From contig NC_043000.1 in assembly GCF_006345805.1 (NCBI RefSeq), positions 55,738,001 through 55,802,000 of the forward strand: a stretch of 64,000 bases of DNA, read 5' to 3'. Source of the DNA: Octopus sinensis (taxonomy: Eukaryota). Made by a program: the position numbers and the translations under genes. This document shows positions 39,450 through 52,598 of this stretch, one piece after another; the stretch's first letter is position 1, and each line of letters starts with the position of its first letter. The notes beneath the pieces were generated by a model, which worked only from the letters and a program-made list of their open reading frames with translations, searched no databases and was not told the DNA's origin.

Positions 39450-39990
39450 ATTCATTAGCGCATTCGGATCAAGGATACTTCATCAGACGTTCTGTGTTTT
39501 ATGTAGTGGCTATTGTCGGCGTTTGTCAAAGCAGTATATGAATCTCCATGTCTACTTCATTCCGGTGGTTAAGGTTGAACGTCTTCTTTTTAATGAAATC
39601 TGCCTCCTTTATTCGGAGATTGACTGCATCCGTTCCCTTTACTAGAATGCGGGTAGAGAAATCCCCATTACAATGTTGGTGGTAATAGAATACGACGCTG
39701 GGTGGTGTGGTCTTGTGGATGTGTTCTTTTACTCTGACGTGAAGTTCTCGCTTTATAGATCCGTTACATGTTTCGCTGCAAGAACACATCATTTCGTACG
39801 CAACATGAAATTTAAAACAGTCGGACGCTGTTCGTCGACTAGTTTTCTTTGATAGGGCATTGGTTCAAACAACATGTGTCCAGTGTGTTATTTGTGTGGG
39901 GTAGTATCTAAGGGTGTAGCCTTATCTCGTGATTCTGACAGGGAGACCAGGCCTTTTGATGCCATTCCTTATCTTGTTTTCTATTTTCTC
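39450..39990 (-). mobile_element. Penelope-like element 3' end (GIY-YIG endonuclease remnant plus terminal-repeat sequence)
   Basis: ORF 39526-39792 (VAYE)MMCSCSETCNGSIKRELHVRVKEH..SVVFYYHQHC...RIKEADFIKK..NLN matches VY.I.C.C...YIG.T.R.L..R.KEH...RI.EA..I...LN. It is followed by CTGATGAAG..GAA at 39487-39453. Confidence 0.8.
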
Positions 39991-41560
39991 TTCTTAGCAT
40001 GGAAGGTTAACGTATACCCATTCATTAGTTCTCCGTTTCTTTCTTTCTTTTTTCTTTCCTTCCTTCGTTGTTGATATTATTTCTGTTGTTGGTGGTGGCG
40101 GTGCTGTTGTCGTAGTGACTGTTGTTGTCGTTGTTGGTGTTGCTGCTGTTGTTGTGGTCACTGTGGTTGTTGCACATTGTACAGATTTTGCAGCAAACGT
40201 AGACGATATAGCTACAAAATCAAATCACAGCGCAAAGATAATTTAAGATGATCTGTTCCGTTCAAGCCCGAATTGTGTCCGTAGCTGCTACATTGCTTCT
40301 TTATGAAGATTAGAGGTTTTTCCGCCTTAGCCACATTCAGTTTAATTCGTTTACAATTTTTCATATATTTGGTAACATCATACTAAATGTCGTCACCAAA
40401 TACCGGAAATAAACAGCAACATTATTACGTGAATCATATATCAGTTCTCTCCTGGACGATATAAATTCTCTCTGGGTCACCAGTCTTTTTCCATCCAGTA
40501 TAAGCATACTATAAATACCACAAAAAATTCGTATCGATGCAGTTTCCATACGTACAACAATTACAGATCATCTATTCAACAAAAGCGAAATTTCAAAACG
40601 GAAGACTAACTGTATATGTAAAGATATAGTTTGTTGTCGCAACAAACTACAAGCTTTACAGTTCCAACATAGTATTCGCATGCACACTAATGGTGGAAAG
40701 GGCAGTGTAGCAGCAACTCTCCAGTTCCGAAACATTGCTTGCCTCTTATAAATTTTCAGTAACCAGAATCTATATGAATACACAGAAAGCGAGAAAGGCT
40801 TTATATGATTGATCAATCTGTTAAAAGTAGTAAAAAGTATTTCTCAAGACGCATACAACATATTAGATGTGATCCTAGTTCATTTACTATGTCTAAAAAT
40901 AAAATAGGGCTGCCACGGTTGGAACAATGCTAGCCGTGGGTTTCGTAAAGAAAGCTGACTATAACATTCGTGAGGTAGTGTTGCATATTTCACACGATTT
41001 ATATGCTTACTATGTCATGCGACTCAGCCTGATGGTCAGATGTTCAATGATATTTAAAGTAGTTACCTGTACAATGAAAGGATCTTTGTCACTCAGTTGA
41101 AGAAGATTTCCGGAGATCGGACGTCTTGCAATTACGACTTTGTTTTGGATAAATAGTTTATTGTGGCATTCCATTATCACTCTGGGTATAAATACATTAT
41201 CAGGAGCGCCAAAAGGACGACTATATTTGAACGAATTGGCTCAGTCCACTTGAAATATTCACAACGCTGCAGGAAAAAAATGGTGATTCTAACATATATC
41301 AATACATTTTGTTCTGTATATGTGTGTGTGTTGGTGTTTAAAACTAAAGTCGTAATATGTGTGCATATGAGTATGTTAATTAAACTGACATATTTTATTA
41401 CATGTGGACACAGGTGTGGCTGAATGGTTAAGGAGTTCATTTCGTTATCGTAGTATCCTGTGTTCGATCTCAATGAGACATTTCTGGTGACTCCGGGTTG
41501 CTCACTATCACTTTACTCTCTCAGTTATGGTTCCTACTAAATTATATATATATCACATAC

Positions 41561-41772
41561 ATACATGACCGCGTGTGTACAGTTGGCGATTTTTTTCCTC
41601 CGTCTTCTCTTCTCTGGATCTTTCCCTTTCCTATGTTTCTGCCGAAGAGCTCCGCTCAAAACGTAAAACCCTCCTTCTTCCCTTCCTTCCTGAGCGTCCA
41701 ATAATACTATATTTGTTCCACATCCTCACGTTGTTGTGTTTTCTCTTTGTGTTTTCATGTTTGAATTAACTT
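41561..41772 (+). mobile_element. Penelope-like terminal-repeat fragment ending in (TA)n
   Basis: 41639-41666 reads CTGCCGA-A-GAGC-TCC-GCTC-AAAA-CGTA, which is the hammerhead layout (CUGANGA-stem II-GAAA) with an intact 4-bp stem II and two core changes. A TA array follows at 41772. Confidence 0.55.
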
Positions 41773-42032
41773 TATATATATATATATATATAATATATAT
41801 ATATATAACTAAGTTATATTCTGTTAAGAACGTATAGTACAGTATAAAGCTCGTCCACCTTCAGATTTAACTCAACCTGCTATTATACCTACTGCTAGAT
41901 TTGCGTTGTGTCTTTTGTAGAGCGTGAATGTATAATTGAATAAGTTAGAGTCAACATGAAGGACTACAAAGGAACATTTATTTGTAATTACTACAATTGT
42001 TTCCACGCAGTGCAGTTCTCCAGGTATTTGGC

Positions 42033-42145
42033 TATGTAACCGTTTCCCTGCATTATGAGATCTTGTATTTATAGAACACAGAAGCAATATTTCTATATCA
42101 CCTGATCAAACACAAGATCTCATAATGCAGGGAAATGGTTATATA
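42033..42145. repeat. Hairpin with ~38-bp arms and a 37-nt loop
   Basis: tatgtaaccgtttccctgcattatgagatcttgtattt (42033-42070) pairs with aaacacaagatctcataatgcagggaaatggttatata (42108-42145), with one mismatch and two G-T pairs. Confidence 0.9.
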
Positions 42146-42242
42146 AGTAAATATCTGCGAACCTGAAGAACTACGTTGCGTGAAATCAATTTTAGTGATT
42201 ACAAAGAAATGTTCCTCTCTACTCCTCCTTCTGTAATCTCTC

Positions 42243-42418
42243 TGCGCCCTTTTAAAGCCTAGCCAGGCTCATATGCCCGGTTTCCCGGTTTGTATGGCGT
42301 ATGTGTTCCCCAGCTGGACGGGACACCAGTCTATCGCAGCGTTACTCATTTTTGCCAGCTGGGTGGACTGGAGCAACGTGAAATGAAATGTTTTGCTCAA
42401 GAACACAACGCGTCGCCC
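42243..42418 (-). mobile_element. SINE family C body lacking its tRNA head
   Basis: Minus strand gggcga..tgtgttcttgagcaaaaca..ctgcgatagactggtgtcccgtccagctgggga..tacgcca..aaaccgggaaaccgg; the 3' half matches 55180-55260. Confidence 0.85.
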
Positions 42419-43505
42419 ATCAATGTAAAACTCTTTTGGTTTGAAAGCGAAGAACTCTGAAATGTCAGTTTCGACCTCCTCCTGGCTTGCGAAAGTTATG
42501 TACCCCAAATGATTCTGTAAACTTCGAAACAAATGGTAGTCTGAAGGAGCAAGGTCGATTTTCTTTGATGTGATCTTTGCAGTGTGGGGTCGCGCATTGT
42601 CCTGATTTAACATCACTCCTTTTCGATTCACTAAAGTGGGTCTTTTTTCTTCAAAGCTTCGTTAAAACGCTCTAATTGCTGACAGTAGACTTGAGCACTG
42701 ATTGTTGCATTAGGTGGTAACAATTCAAAGTTAACTACTCTTTTGCAATCCCACCAGATAGAGAGAAGAACCTTTTTTTCCATGAAGTTCCCTTGTCGGT
42801 TGTGGGTGAGCCTTTTCCCTTTTACTAAGCCACTGTTTACGACGTTTAACACTTCAGTAGAAGATCCATGTTTCGTCACCAGTCACAAGTCTATCCAAAA
42901 AGTGTGAAATGAGTTCTCGAGAATGGAGAGAAGAGCAGATGTCAACTCGGGATTTGCAGTTGCTTTCGGACAATTCATGAGGCACCCATTTTCCAAGTTT
43001 ATGAATCTTTCCACATTGTTGAAGATGACGATGAACAGTTGTATGGTTTGAACTAAGATTTATTGCCAATTCTTCAAATGATAATGCAGGATTTTCTTCA
43101 AGTAATGCCTCAAGGAGCAAATCATCAAACTCAACTGGACGTCCTGTTCGATCTTTATCTTCAAGGCTAACATCTCCACTTCTGAATTTTGCAAATCAAC
43201 TTTTGCAAGTTCTTTCATTCAAGCATTCTTCCCATAAACTGATTGTATGTTTCGAGTCACTTTGGCAGCAGAGTTTCCTTTTTTGTACTCATAAAGCGTT
43301 ATGTGCCTCAAATGCTTTTTGGATACTTCCATGTTAGAAAGAGTTTTAATCAAGGAAATTTTAATTCTGATATTCTGTAAAATAATATTTAATTAGTTTA
43401 AATGTATACAAATGCATAAAAATAACTTTTAATTCCATTAGACATTTTAAATTTCATTCAATTTTATAAAAGGTAAAATCGGACAGAACTTATGGGATGA
43501 CCTGA
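42419..43505 (-). mobile_element. Mos1-type mariner DNA transposon, 3'-truncated, with pseudogenised transposase (ATG at 43332)
   Basis: 5' TIR TCAGGTCATCCCATAAGTTCTGTCCGATTTT with a flanking TA at 43506-43507. Peptides MEVSKKHLRH..LYEYKKG, WVPHEL, VTGDETWIFY, LLSIWWD, QDNARPH, DLAPSDYHLFRSL. Frameshifts, stops and no 3' TIR. Confidence 0.95.
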
Positions 43506-44221
43506 TAGTTGTATATCCTACTGCGTATGCACTTGTGTGAGATCGTAGTATGTTATTGAAGGATAGCTAGAGACCTAACACCAGAAGTATTATCAAGAAA
43601 ATGCAAGATGCGAAAATCTTATTTCATCGACATTCTATTGAGTCAATAGCCATGGTCTTTCTCTTAACTGAGGATCGAAACTTCATGTCAGAGAAAAGTA
43701 CCTGCGACATACATCAATTACCTAGCAAAAGCAGATATGTTAGACTCTTCGACTAGTTATAAAATTAAATTATGTTTCACAGTGCTAAATATAGAAATCA
43801 AATTATAAAGATCATAAACCCGGATGCATACATTTGTATTCATTCACATGTATATTTTTCAAGTTAATTATATTACTTTAATTTAAAGAAACTGGCTCGG
43901 TTACTGTGTCTTAAAATATAAATATATTTATCTCCAATATATTTTCTTCTTCACAATCAGTACTCGATCTAATATCACGAGTGACTGACGTGTTTTGGTA
44001 GTTGTAACATATTTTTGATTGGTAGGACGGCTTGAAAAAGAATCTGGAACTTTAGTTAAAAGATAAATGAAACAGCAGCAGATCAAAATGATAAATTAGA
44101 CATCTTGGTAATAGATTTTTTTTCATTTTCATTTCACTTACAAATGTTTCGGTTTCTTTACTAAATAAGGAAGAGCGAAACAAAAGTAAAAAATTACATA
44201 AATACCAACCGCCGCACACAA

Positions 44222-44655
<434 letters not shown>

Positions 44656-45229
44656 GCAAAACGCCCCCGTCCAATTGTCGATGCTGAGTTGTCAAACATC
44701 TAAACCAAATTTTCTCAAAACAACTTGTCCGGCCGTCCCATAGACCTCCCCTTTGAGAAACACTGATGTAACATAAACTTGAGACACCAGCAAAAGAAGA
44801 AATAAAGATAGACTTTTATCTATTCAAAGAAAAACGATTTTACTCACACAAATATACAACCGAAGAGTTTGAAGTACCAGTAATGATAAGGCTGTTGACT
44901 GGGAGAACACAAATATGGTTTAAACAGTAAGCTAGGCAGGAAAGAAACGTGTCTTTAAGCAATACAAAAACAACAAAAAATGGAAGGTGCAGTTATGTAC
45001 TGGTTGACGAAAGAAAATCAGGACAAAAACGACGCATACAAATGGGTTAGCTGGAGGTAAATCTAGATGGAAAAGTATAATGAATGTATGAGAACATACC
45101 TGGGACAATAATACGTTTATCCGATAAAACATGTAGGAAATTAACTTGGGGCGATTTTTGATGAAAAGCAACAACATAGGGAACTAAGTAACTAATTTTA
45201 AGCTATCTTACTTCAAGGGCATGGAAAAG

Positions 45230-45620
45230 CTAGTGGAGCGCAGCCTTGTAAACCACATTCTATGCTACTCTGTCTAGAGCGTAGTAGAAAAGGTTTGTCG
45301 AATAGCCAAACCTCGAACAGCCCTCATACAGTTGTCCGTGCGAAAATCAGGGAGTGCTAAGATCCAAGCCACGATTTTCAATGACTGCCTCTGTGTTTTG
45401 TTGATGGTCATCGCGAAGCTCAGGCGAATAGGGAATTGAACGGTGTTTCATCGGGTAAACACAGTCTGACGGAATCAATGGCATGCGGAAAATAACAACA
45501 ACATCCCCTGCTCCTGGACCCGTGATAACTTTTGCCTCGAGAACCTCTGCGCAAACTGCACGTGCGTTTCTCTCGCGTACGCGTAGTAGCGATCGCAACA
45601 CCTGATGTACTTGCGCGTAA
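45230..45620 (-). mobile_element. Helitron RepHel PIF1-like helicase C-terminal remnant
   Basis: Joining across frameshifts gives EVLEAKVITGPGAGDVVVIFRMPLIPSD..[fs]IRLSFAMTINKTQRQSLKIV[fs]GLDLSTP*FSHGQLYEGCSR..NLF..*NVVYKAALH*. This matches the Helitron pattern IPRIPLIPSD..FAMTINKSQGQSL..VGLDL..CFSHGQLYVACSR..NVVY.EAL*. Confidence 0.87.
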
Positions 45621-46689
45621 AAATGCACGCTCTCACGGCTTTATAGATCGCATTCTCACCTGGAATCGATTTTTGTAATGTTTTCAAGACTCATACATGC
45701 CCATAGACTCAGTTCATAAGAAAATTAAAATTTATCTAATATAGTGGCGTTTTCAAACTTCTTTTTTACAAATATATATATATATATATAAATATATATA
45801 TATATATCGTGTGTGCGCGCGTGCGCGTAGTCTAATTGGCTCAAAAGGGTTCCAAACAGAAATATATTCAAATATATGTATATACAGAACTATCACCATG
45901 GCACAAAACCGTGCTTCTGCCATCAAGCTGGCCTTTAACCAATATAATTAGCTGTATCCTCAGCCCAAACTCTTAGATTGTAACTAAAACAGCTTTACTT
46001 CGCAACTCTGATTTCAGAGTGAGTAATCCATTGTGAGAAAAATCAACTTATTTTGTGAAATAGTTACGTATCATTCGAAGTGCAGCTGGTGCGTCAATAA
46101 CGGGTGTTCATATCAAAGAGAATCGTTTGAAACACAGTCTACATCAAAATATTTAGTCGATGATGTGCAGCTAGTGTAAGCTATAGCAACTGCCATGACC
46201 CAATTCTCCCCGAAGATTAGTAACATATAAATAGTATACCCTCCAAATTCCTGTCAGACGTACTTAAATATAATAAATAATATCGTAACTCTAAATGAAA
46301 GCATATGCTGCTAGTCAATGGCATTATTCAAACTGCAAAATGTGTGCTTGTTCATGGATTATCATCACTCCTTGGGTAATTCAACTAATTTCGACATTAT
46401 CATATCATTTAAAATTACGACCGATTTTGTCCGACTAAAAATATAAATCTTATACGTGGTGTTTCATCGTTGGGAGTGGATAAATGTCAGTTTGTCAGGG
46501 GGATTCATGTAATAATAAACTTTTTTTACCGTGGTTGTTCTTTTTTGCTGCTTCATACAAGATATGAGTATACTGTGGTGAAATATATGATTATGCATAT
46601 TCAATTTTCTTTCCAAGTAGTTTCTTAGTTTCTCTAGGAAAATACATTTTCATATCTTCACTCAGGCGCGCGCACACACACTCACATCC

Positions 46690-46742
46690 ACAGGCATATA
46701 TGTATACGTATATACATATGAATGTATCTATATGTATGTATG

Positions 46743-46807
<65 letters not shown>

Positions 46808-46841
46808 CAAACACACACACAAACATACATATATACATTTG

Positions 46842-46883
<42 letters not shown>

Positions 46884-46950
46884 AATGTGTATACATACGT
46901 ATGTATGCATCTATATATATATATCTGTCTATCTATCTCTATATATATAT
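46690..46950. repeat. (TA)n-rich compound microsatellite
   Basis: Read directly. Confidence 0.92.
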
Positions 46951-47670
46951 TGCAAACACGTATATATGAGAGTTTTTATTTGTGTGAGAGAAAATGCATG
47001 TGTGTGTGAGTTAGCTTTCTTATGGATCACTTCTTGTTTCTTCTAAAATTATTTTGATTATCAGGCTGGGTTTTTTTTCCTGCAAAGAAAATATATTATT
47101 AGCAGGAAATGAGAAAGTTAACCACGAACAGCTGTCTTGTTTTCTCAAATGAATGTAATGAGTCATGTTTACTTTTCAGTAATGTGAGTGAGCGGTTCAA
47201 AATTGTAAATATAAAATATGTTGTTTTCGCTTCCGAAGAATAGAAATTTTTCATCATCTTCTTTTATTTATTTTTTGTTCTTTTTTCCTTTATTCTATTA
47301 CATATTTTTGTTTTGTTTCTGTATTTTTAGTGTATTTAGCTTTGTTTCGATTAGTTTCGTTTTTATTTTTCATATCGTCACAATTTTTATATTAGGAAAC
47401 ACTACAGCACATTATCAGTTTCATACCTACCCAAAATGCTATATTTTTGGCAATTTGCGCGAGATAGAGTTTCATAGGATTTAAGTAAGGCCTGAAATAT
47501 CTTGGGAGAGAGTAAGTCAATTATATCAACCCAGAGCTCAACAGGTACATATTTTTATAGATCCCGAAAAGGTGAAATGCAGGCAGTCATTTGATGTAGA
47601 TTGCGCTACTACCTACTTTGCAACCTCTTAGCAAACTGAAATATTCTATTCGTTTATAGCTATAATTTAT

Positions 47671-47894
47671 TTCTTTATTGCCCACAGGGGGCTAAACATA
47701 GAGGGCACAAACAAGGACAAGGGATTAATTCGATTACATTGACCCCGGTACGTAACTGGTACTTATTTAATCGACCCCAAAGGATGAAAGGCAAAGTCGA
47801 ACTTGCGCGGAATTCGAACTCAGAACTTAACGGCAAATGAAATACCGATAAGAATTTCGACCGGCGTGCTAATGTCTCTGCCAGCTCGCCGCTT
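47671..47894 (-). mobile_element. SINE family A, near full length
   Basis: Minus strand starts aagcggcgagctggcagag..ttagcacgccgg, has gagttcgaattccg (box B-like), then ctttgcctttcatcct..ggggtcgattaaataagtaccag, and a caataaagaa tail. Confidence 0.9.
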
Positions 47895-49199
47895 AAACTA
47901 TAATTTATATAAATTATGCCAACTACAAACCGTGATTTGCATTGCCATGTTTGTGGTTCACTGGAAAGTTATGTACATTAGTCATTTACAGCTGATGAGA
48001 AATAAGTCGAAGTGTTCTTTAGTGTATTATCCAATATTATAGAATGAATATCTAAGATGACCACAATGAAATTTGAACTCAGGAGCTCAGGTATTTCGGG
48101 AACGAACCTAACATCTTATAACATAGTTCCTATCATTTTTGCCTATGCAGAGCTTTCTAGAAATGCTATTAGGTTAACAAAATAGAACATATATGTCTTT
48201 TCTTAAAAATAAATAAAACAGTTTATGGTATCACTAATTCTTGCCCATGCTTTTAACTTTGAAATAATTCAATAAAGAAAATTTAAGTGTTTCGTTTCTG
48301 ATTTGGTATCTATTTATTTATTTATTTTCTAATCTTATTTTCATATTTTATTTACATATTTTTATAGTGCGGTTAATTTACAAATTCTGCAAAGTGTCAT
48401 GTTAGCAGGCCTGCTGGGAAGATAAATGTCTACAATCAGTCATGAGTATTAAGTACTTGCCAAAAAAATCTCCGTCGTTTAGAGTTTTATTTCTAATTTT
48501 GTAACTTTTAATGTTTGCTTCATTATCGCTGTAGATGGCAGATTTGGCAACGCGCCAGACATGGAAAATGCAATTTCTAAAGTTTAGATATGTCTCTTTA
48601 CGTTCTAAATTCAAAATTTCACCTACGTAAACTTTTTTCTTTCGTCTTTCCTCTAATTCGATAAAATAAGACTTGTTAAGTATAACAGGTCTTATTTGAC
48701 TGGTCTTAAATTTAAGACCAGTCAATTTAATACAGTATATTCCCCTCTACAATTTATCCTAGTGTTTATATAAGAAATTATTTTTTCTTAATAACACACA
48801 ATTATATTATAATGTAAATAATACATTCTAACAAGGACCCAATCTCAGAAATTTGGATGGGGATTAAATCAGCAAAATTGAATCTAGTATTTAATCAGTA
48901 CCTTTTGCTATCGGGACCAGAAAGTAAAAGGTAATATCTATCATGATAGGATTTTAGCTAAGAAGTCAATACTTAGTACCACAAGCCATTATGTCCGTCG
49001 CAATACATCACCCAGATGTATAACTGAAATCATAAAACGAAAAAGTCACGAGGAAGTAGTGTCACGAGGAAGTGGTAGAAAACTCACTGAATGTGAAAGT
49101 TTTTTTTTATTATTATTTAAGCCACGGTATCAAGTTTAACGTAGTGTATATTTAATTTCTTTCTAAAAAGACACTATATTATCAATGTTGTTTAATAAT

Positions 49200-49640
49200 C
49201 TTTATTCACGTCCTTATTGTCACATATTCATCATCGTCGGCAACGTTGTCTTCATTGCCATAAATTCATATTACTTCATAGTAATCTCATTATCAGTATC
49301 TTCGATCTCAGAAGTATGGTTGTCAGCGTCACCAACATAATTAGTGCTTCTTATCATAAACATCATTATCCTCATTATTATAATCGTCGTTATAGTCATC
49401 AAAGCTATCATTAGCATTGATATCGTCATCAGCATCAGGATCCTCATTATCATCATCATCATAATTAACATCATCACCATCGGTATCGTCAAAAGTTTTT
49501 TCGTCAACATTATCGTCATCATCATCATCCTCATCGTTGTCGTCGTCTTCGTCATCATTGTCGTTGTCAGCATCGCCAACAACATCAATATAAACAACAA
49601 CATTATCCTCAAGATCTCCGTTATCTTCTCCAAGCAAACG
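49200..49640. repeat. Decayed (ATC/GAT)n low-complexity tract, reading as Asp-rich on the minus strand
   Basis: Trinucleotide-periodic sequence that is open in several frames on both strands. Confidence 0.7.
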
Positions 49641-51849
49641 AAACGGAAAACTTGAGTTATCAATACCAGCTAACAAAATATTTGTCATATTCTATTCCGT
49701 GTTCGAAGTAGTAAGTTGTATCTAACTCACGACAACTATTTACAACAAGTATCCTGAACCAGCGACAGTTAATTATCTTAGACATAAACACTACACTGCT
49801 GGTGATTGACTGGGAACCATCAACCTGTTGGCTTGTTTGCCTGACATTTTATCAACCCGGACATCTGTAATTTTCACTCTATCAGATACTTCTTTATATC
49901 AACAAAAGCAATTTACAATTGCTTGTTCTTGCTCTGCATCAATATTTTTGTCATTGATTCGACACTGCAACAGCGGAGAAAAATTAATTAGAATCGTTAT
50001 CCACCTACTCCAGATGTAGCTTGTTAGAGAATATTTACATTCTCCAAACGAATAATAATCAAGCAGATACAGTGTTACTTTTAAATGAGATCGATAGTAA
50101 GATTTCTTCCCTTTACAATGAATTATATCTGCAGTTATCACTGTCCATTTTTAAAGGGATTTTCACAGGTTCTTCGTGCTAAGTACACCACCAATGCTTT
50201 AAGAAGGTATTAACACTTCTAAAAACATTGATATGAACTTACGTCTATTACTGGAATGAAAATCAATGTTGTCTAAAAATTATTTCGCTTTGTTGCATAA
50301 ATGTTACTTAGTAGTGTTAAATCCATGACATTGCAAGTCAGCTAAATAATTACCTTGAAATGCGTAACTTGGAACTAGGTATCAATTCCTTCGTTTCCCA
50401 CTCTAAATTAACGTCTTAAACTAATGAATATTTCTTAGTTAATAGATCTAGTGAACGGCTGTAGCCAGCTCGCTCTGCTCGACCATATCCTCTTTTCTTT
50501 CACGTAATGGCCATGTAGTTAACTGAAAGAGATCTAGTAAAAACCATCTATTTTGTTTTCGTGTTTGAAATTTGGTCTTTGACAGGACGACGTGTATGCA
50601 TTAATGGTATTGCAAACTTTTGATACTGCTTTGAAAACATTCCTTGTAATTAAAAACGAAGCAAGATTCTTAGGTGTTGTTAAAGGTTCCCGTCAACCAC
50701 AGGTTCTTCAGCTTATGAGCTTATGAAGTGATTGCAATTGGATGGAAATGTGCAGGATAAGAAGGGCCGCTCTTCTTGAGAATGTAATCACTAATGTGTA
50801 TTTTCCTAAGTTGGATTTAAGCATGAAGGAAGTGATTGAAAAGTGTTGTAAGACCAGAAATTAGCTCAATGGTGCAAAGTCTGAGGTGCATTGTTAGGAT
50901 CCCCGGTCTTGTTTGTTTGAAAAGACCAGAAGTACTTTCGTGCTTAAAATGTACGTGTGCGTAGTGATGAATCTAATTGAGTGGAAAATGTTTGGGATGA
51001 GAGCTACCTAGTATTTACAAAAATAAATCTAGTAGTGAGTAAAAAATAATATCTGGGAAACCGCTTTAAGTAAGCAATAATTACAATAATTACATTAAGC
51101 AGAAAAACAAAATATTTTTTCCCCTAGTACTTTTGAGTGATATCAATAGATTTTAGTTTTCTAATGGGCCTTCAGTTTTGTGGGGGGCTTTTCCATCCTT
51201 GAACGGTTCAGGGCCATAAGTGGCAATTTTCTGTTCAAAATTGGGTATATAATTCCGACTGAATAAGGATTAATCAACAGCTTCACAATACACTTTCTCA
51301 AATATTAGATTCTGGTTAAGAATTGTACGCAAGATCCCATGTTTATAGAGCTACCACAACCGTATTTAATGCTTTTTTTTATTCGATAAAGGAATTTGTT
51401 CTAATAATCAAGGTTCTTGTTTCCCCGGGGGAATACTAAACTAACGAACTTTATACAATTAAAAAATGTATTACTTGATACAGAATCATCTAAATTAGTA
51501 ATCCTAACATCTTTTGAATTACGGTAAGGCTATATTGTGTAAACGAAGAGGGTGCTCTATGTTTAATGTGGGGTTTTGAAGGCTTTTCACTTCATTTACT
51601 GCAACAATGTTCTCATGAAAGAGTAAATATAAGATCGTGTAATCACGAAAGAAATCAATAATATTGATTTTGTTTGATTTTTGTTCTATTAAGCACCGTA
51701 TCACTCTCGGCTGGGATTAGGTTTCGTCGGTTGATTGGACTTCATTATATGCTCTGCAACATACTGTATTCACTTTCGAAGAATGGAGAACCATGACTCT
51801 TCCGTACAGATTACAAACCCAGAATGTTGGAGGAGAAAACTAAACGTAC

Positions 51850-51851
51850 AC

Positions 51852-51914
<63 letters not shown>

Positions 51915-52201
51915 CATACATACATACATACATACATACATACATACATACATAATACATACATACATACATACATATGTATGTGTGTGTGTGTGTGTGT
52001 GTGTCAAAATGAAGTGGATTTGGTGAAGCATTGTTTTGTATAACTTTAAATAGATTGCAGTTTTACTTTGTTTACTTTGTTTTCCTTTCCTCTTGTAGTT
52101 TACTTTCTACCTTCTCACATTGTCCTCACTTTACACGAGTTGCATTAATATGTATATAGATATTCGCATATATATATATATATATATGCACATACAAACT
52201 T

Positions 52202-52244
<43 letters not shown>

Positions 52245-52325
52245 CATACATACATACATATATATGCGCGAGTATGTATGTATCATGTGTATCGTAGATA
52301 GGCGCGTGTGCGCATATGCGTGTAA

Positions 52326-52360
<35 letters not shown>

Positions 52361-52366
52361 ATATAA

Positions 52367-52424
<58 letters not shown>

Positions 52425-52515
52425 TTGTGCGTGTGTACGTATGTGTGCATGTGTGTATGTTCGTGTGTGCATATATTTACATAAATTTATGTGTGTATAT
52501 GCATATATATATATG
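51850..52515. repeat. Compound (TA)/(TACA)/(TG) microsatellite blocks
   Basis: Read directly (51850-52005 and 52150-52515). Confidence 0.92.
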
Positions 52516-52598
52516 GCGGTGCCCCAACATGGCCGCAGCTCGTAAGCTGAAATGGATAGAAAGAAAGAAAAAATGAAAAAGATGCATATATATATATA

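Noticed and set aside
49045-49076. 16-bp tandem duplication gtcacgaggaagt(a/g)gt
   Set aside because: An ordinary short duplication with no further structure.
50740-51020. Near-open plus-strand frame with two in-frame stops
   Set aside because: No recognisable family motif; it could be an old LINE remnant but is unsupported.
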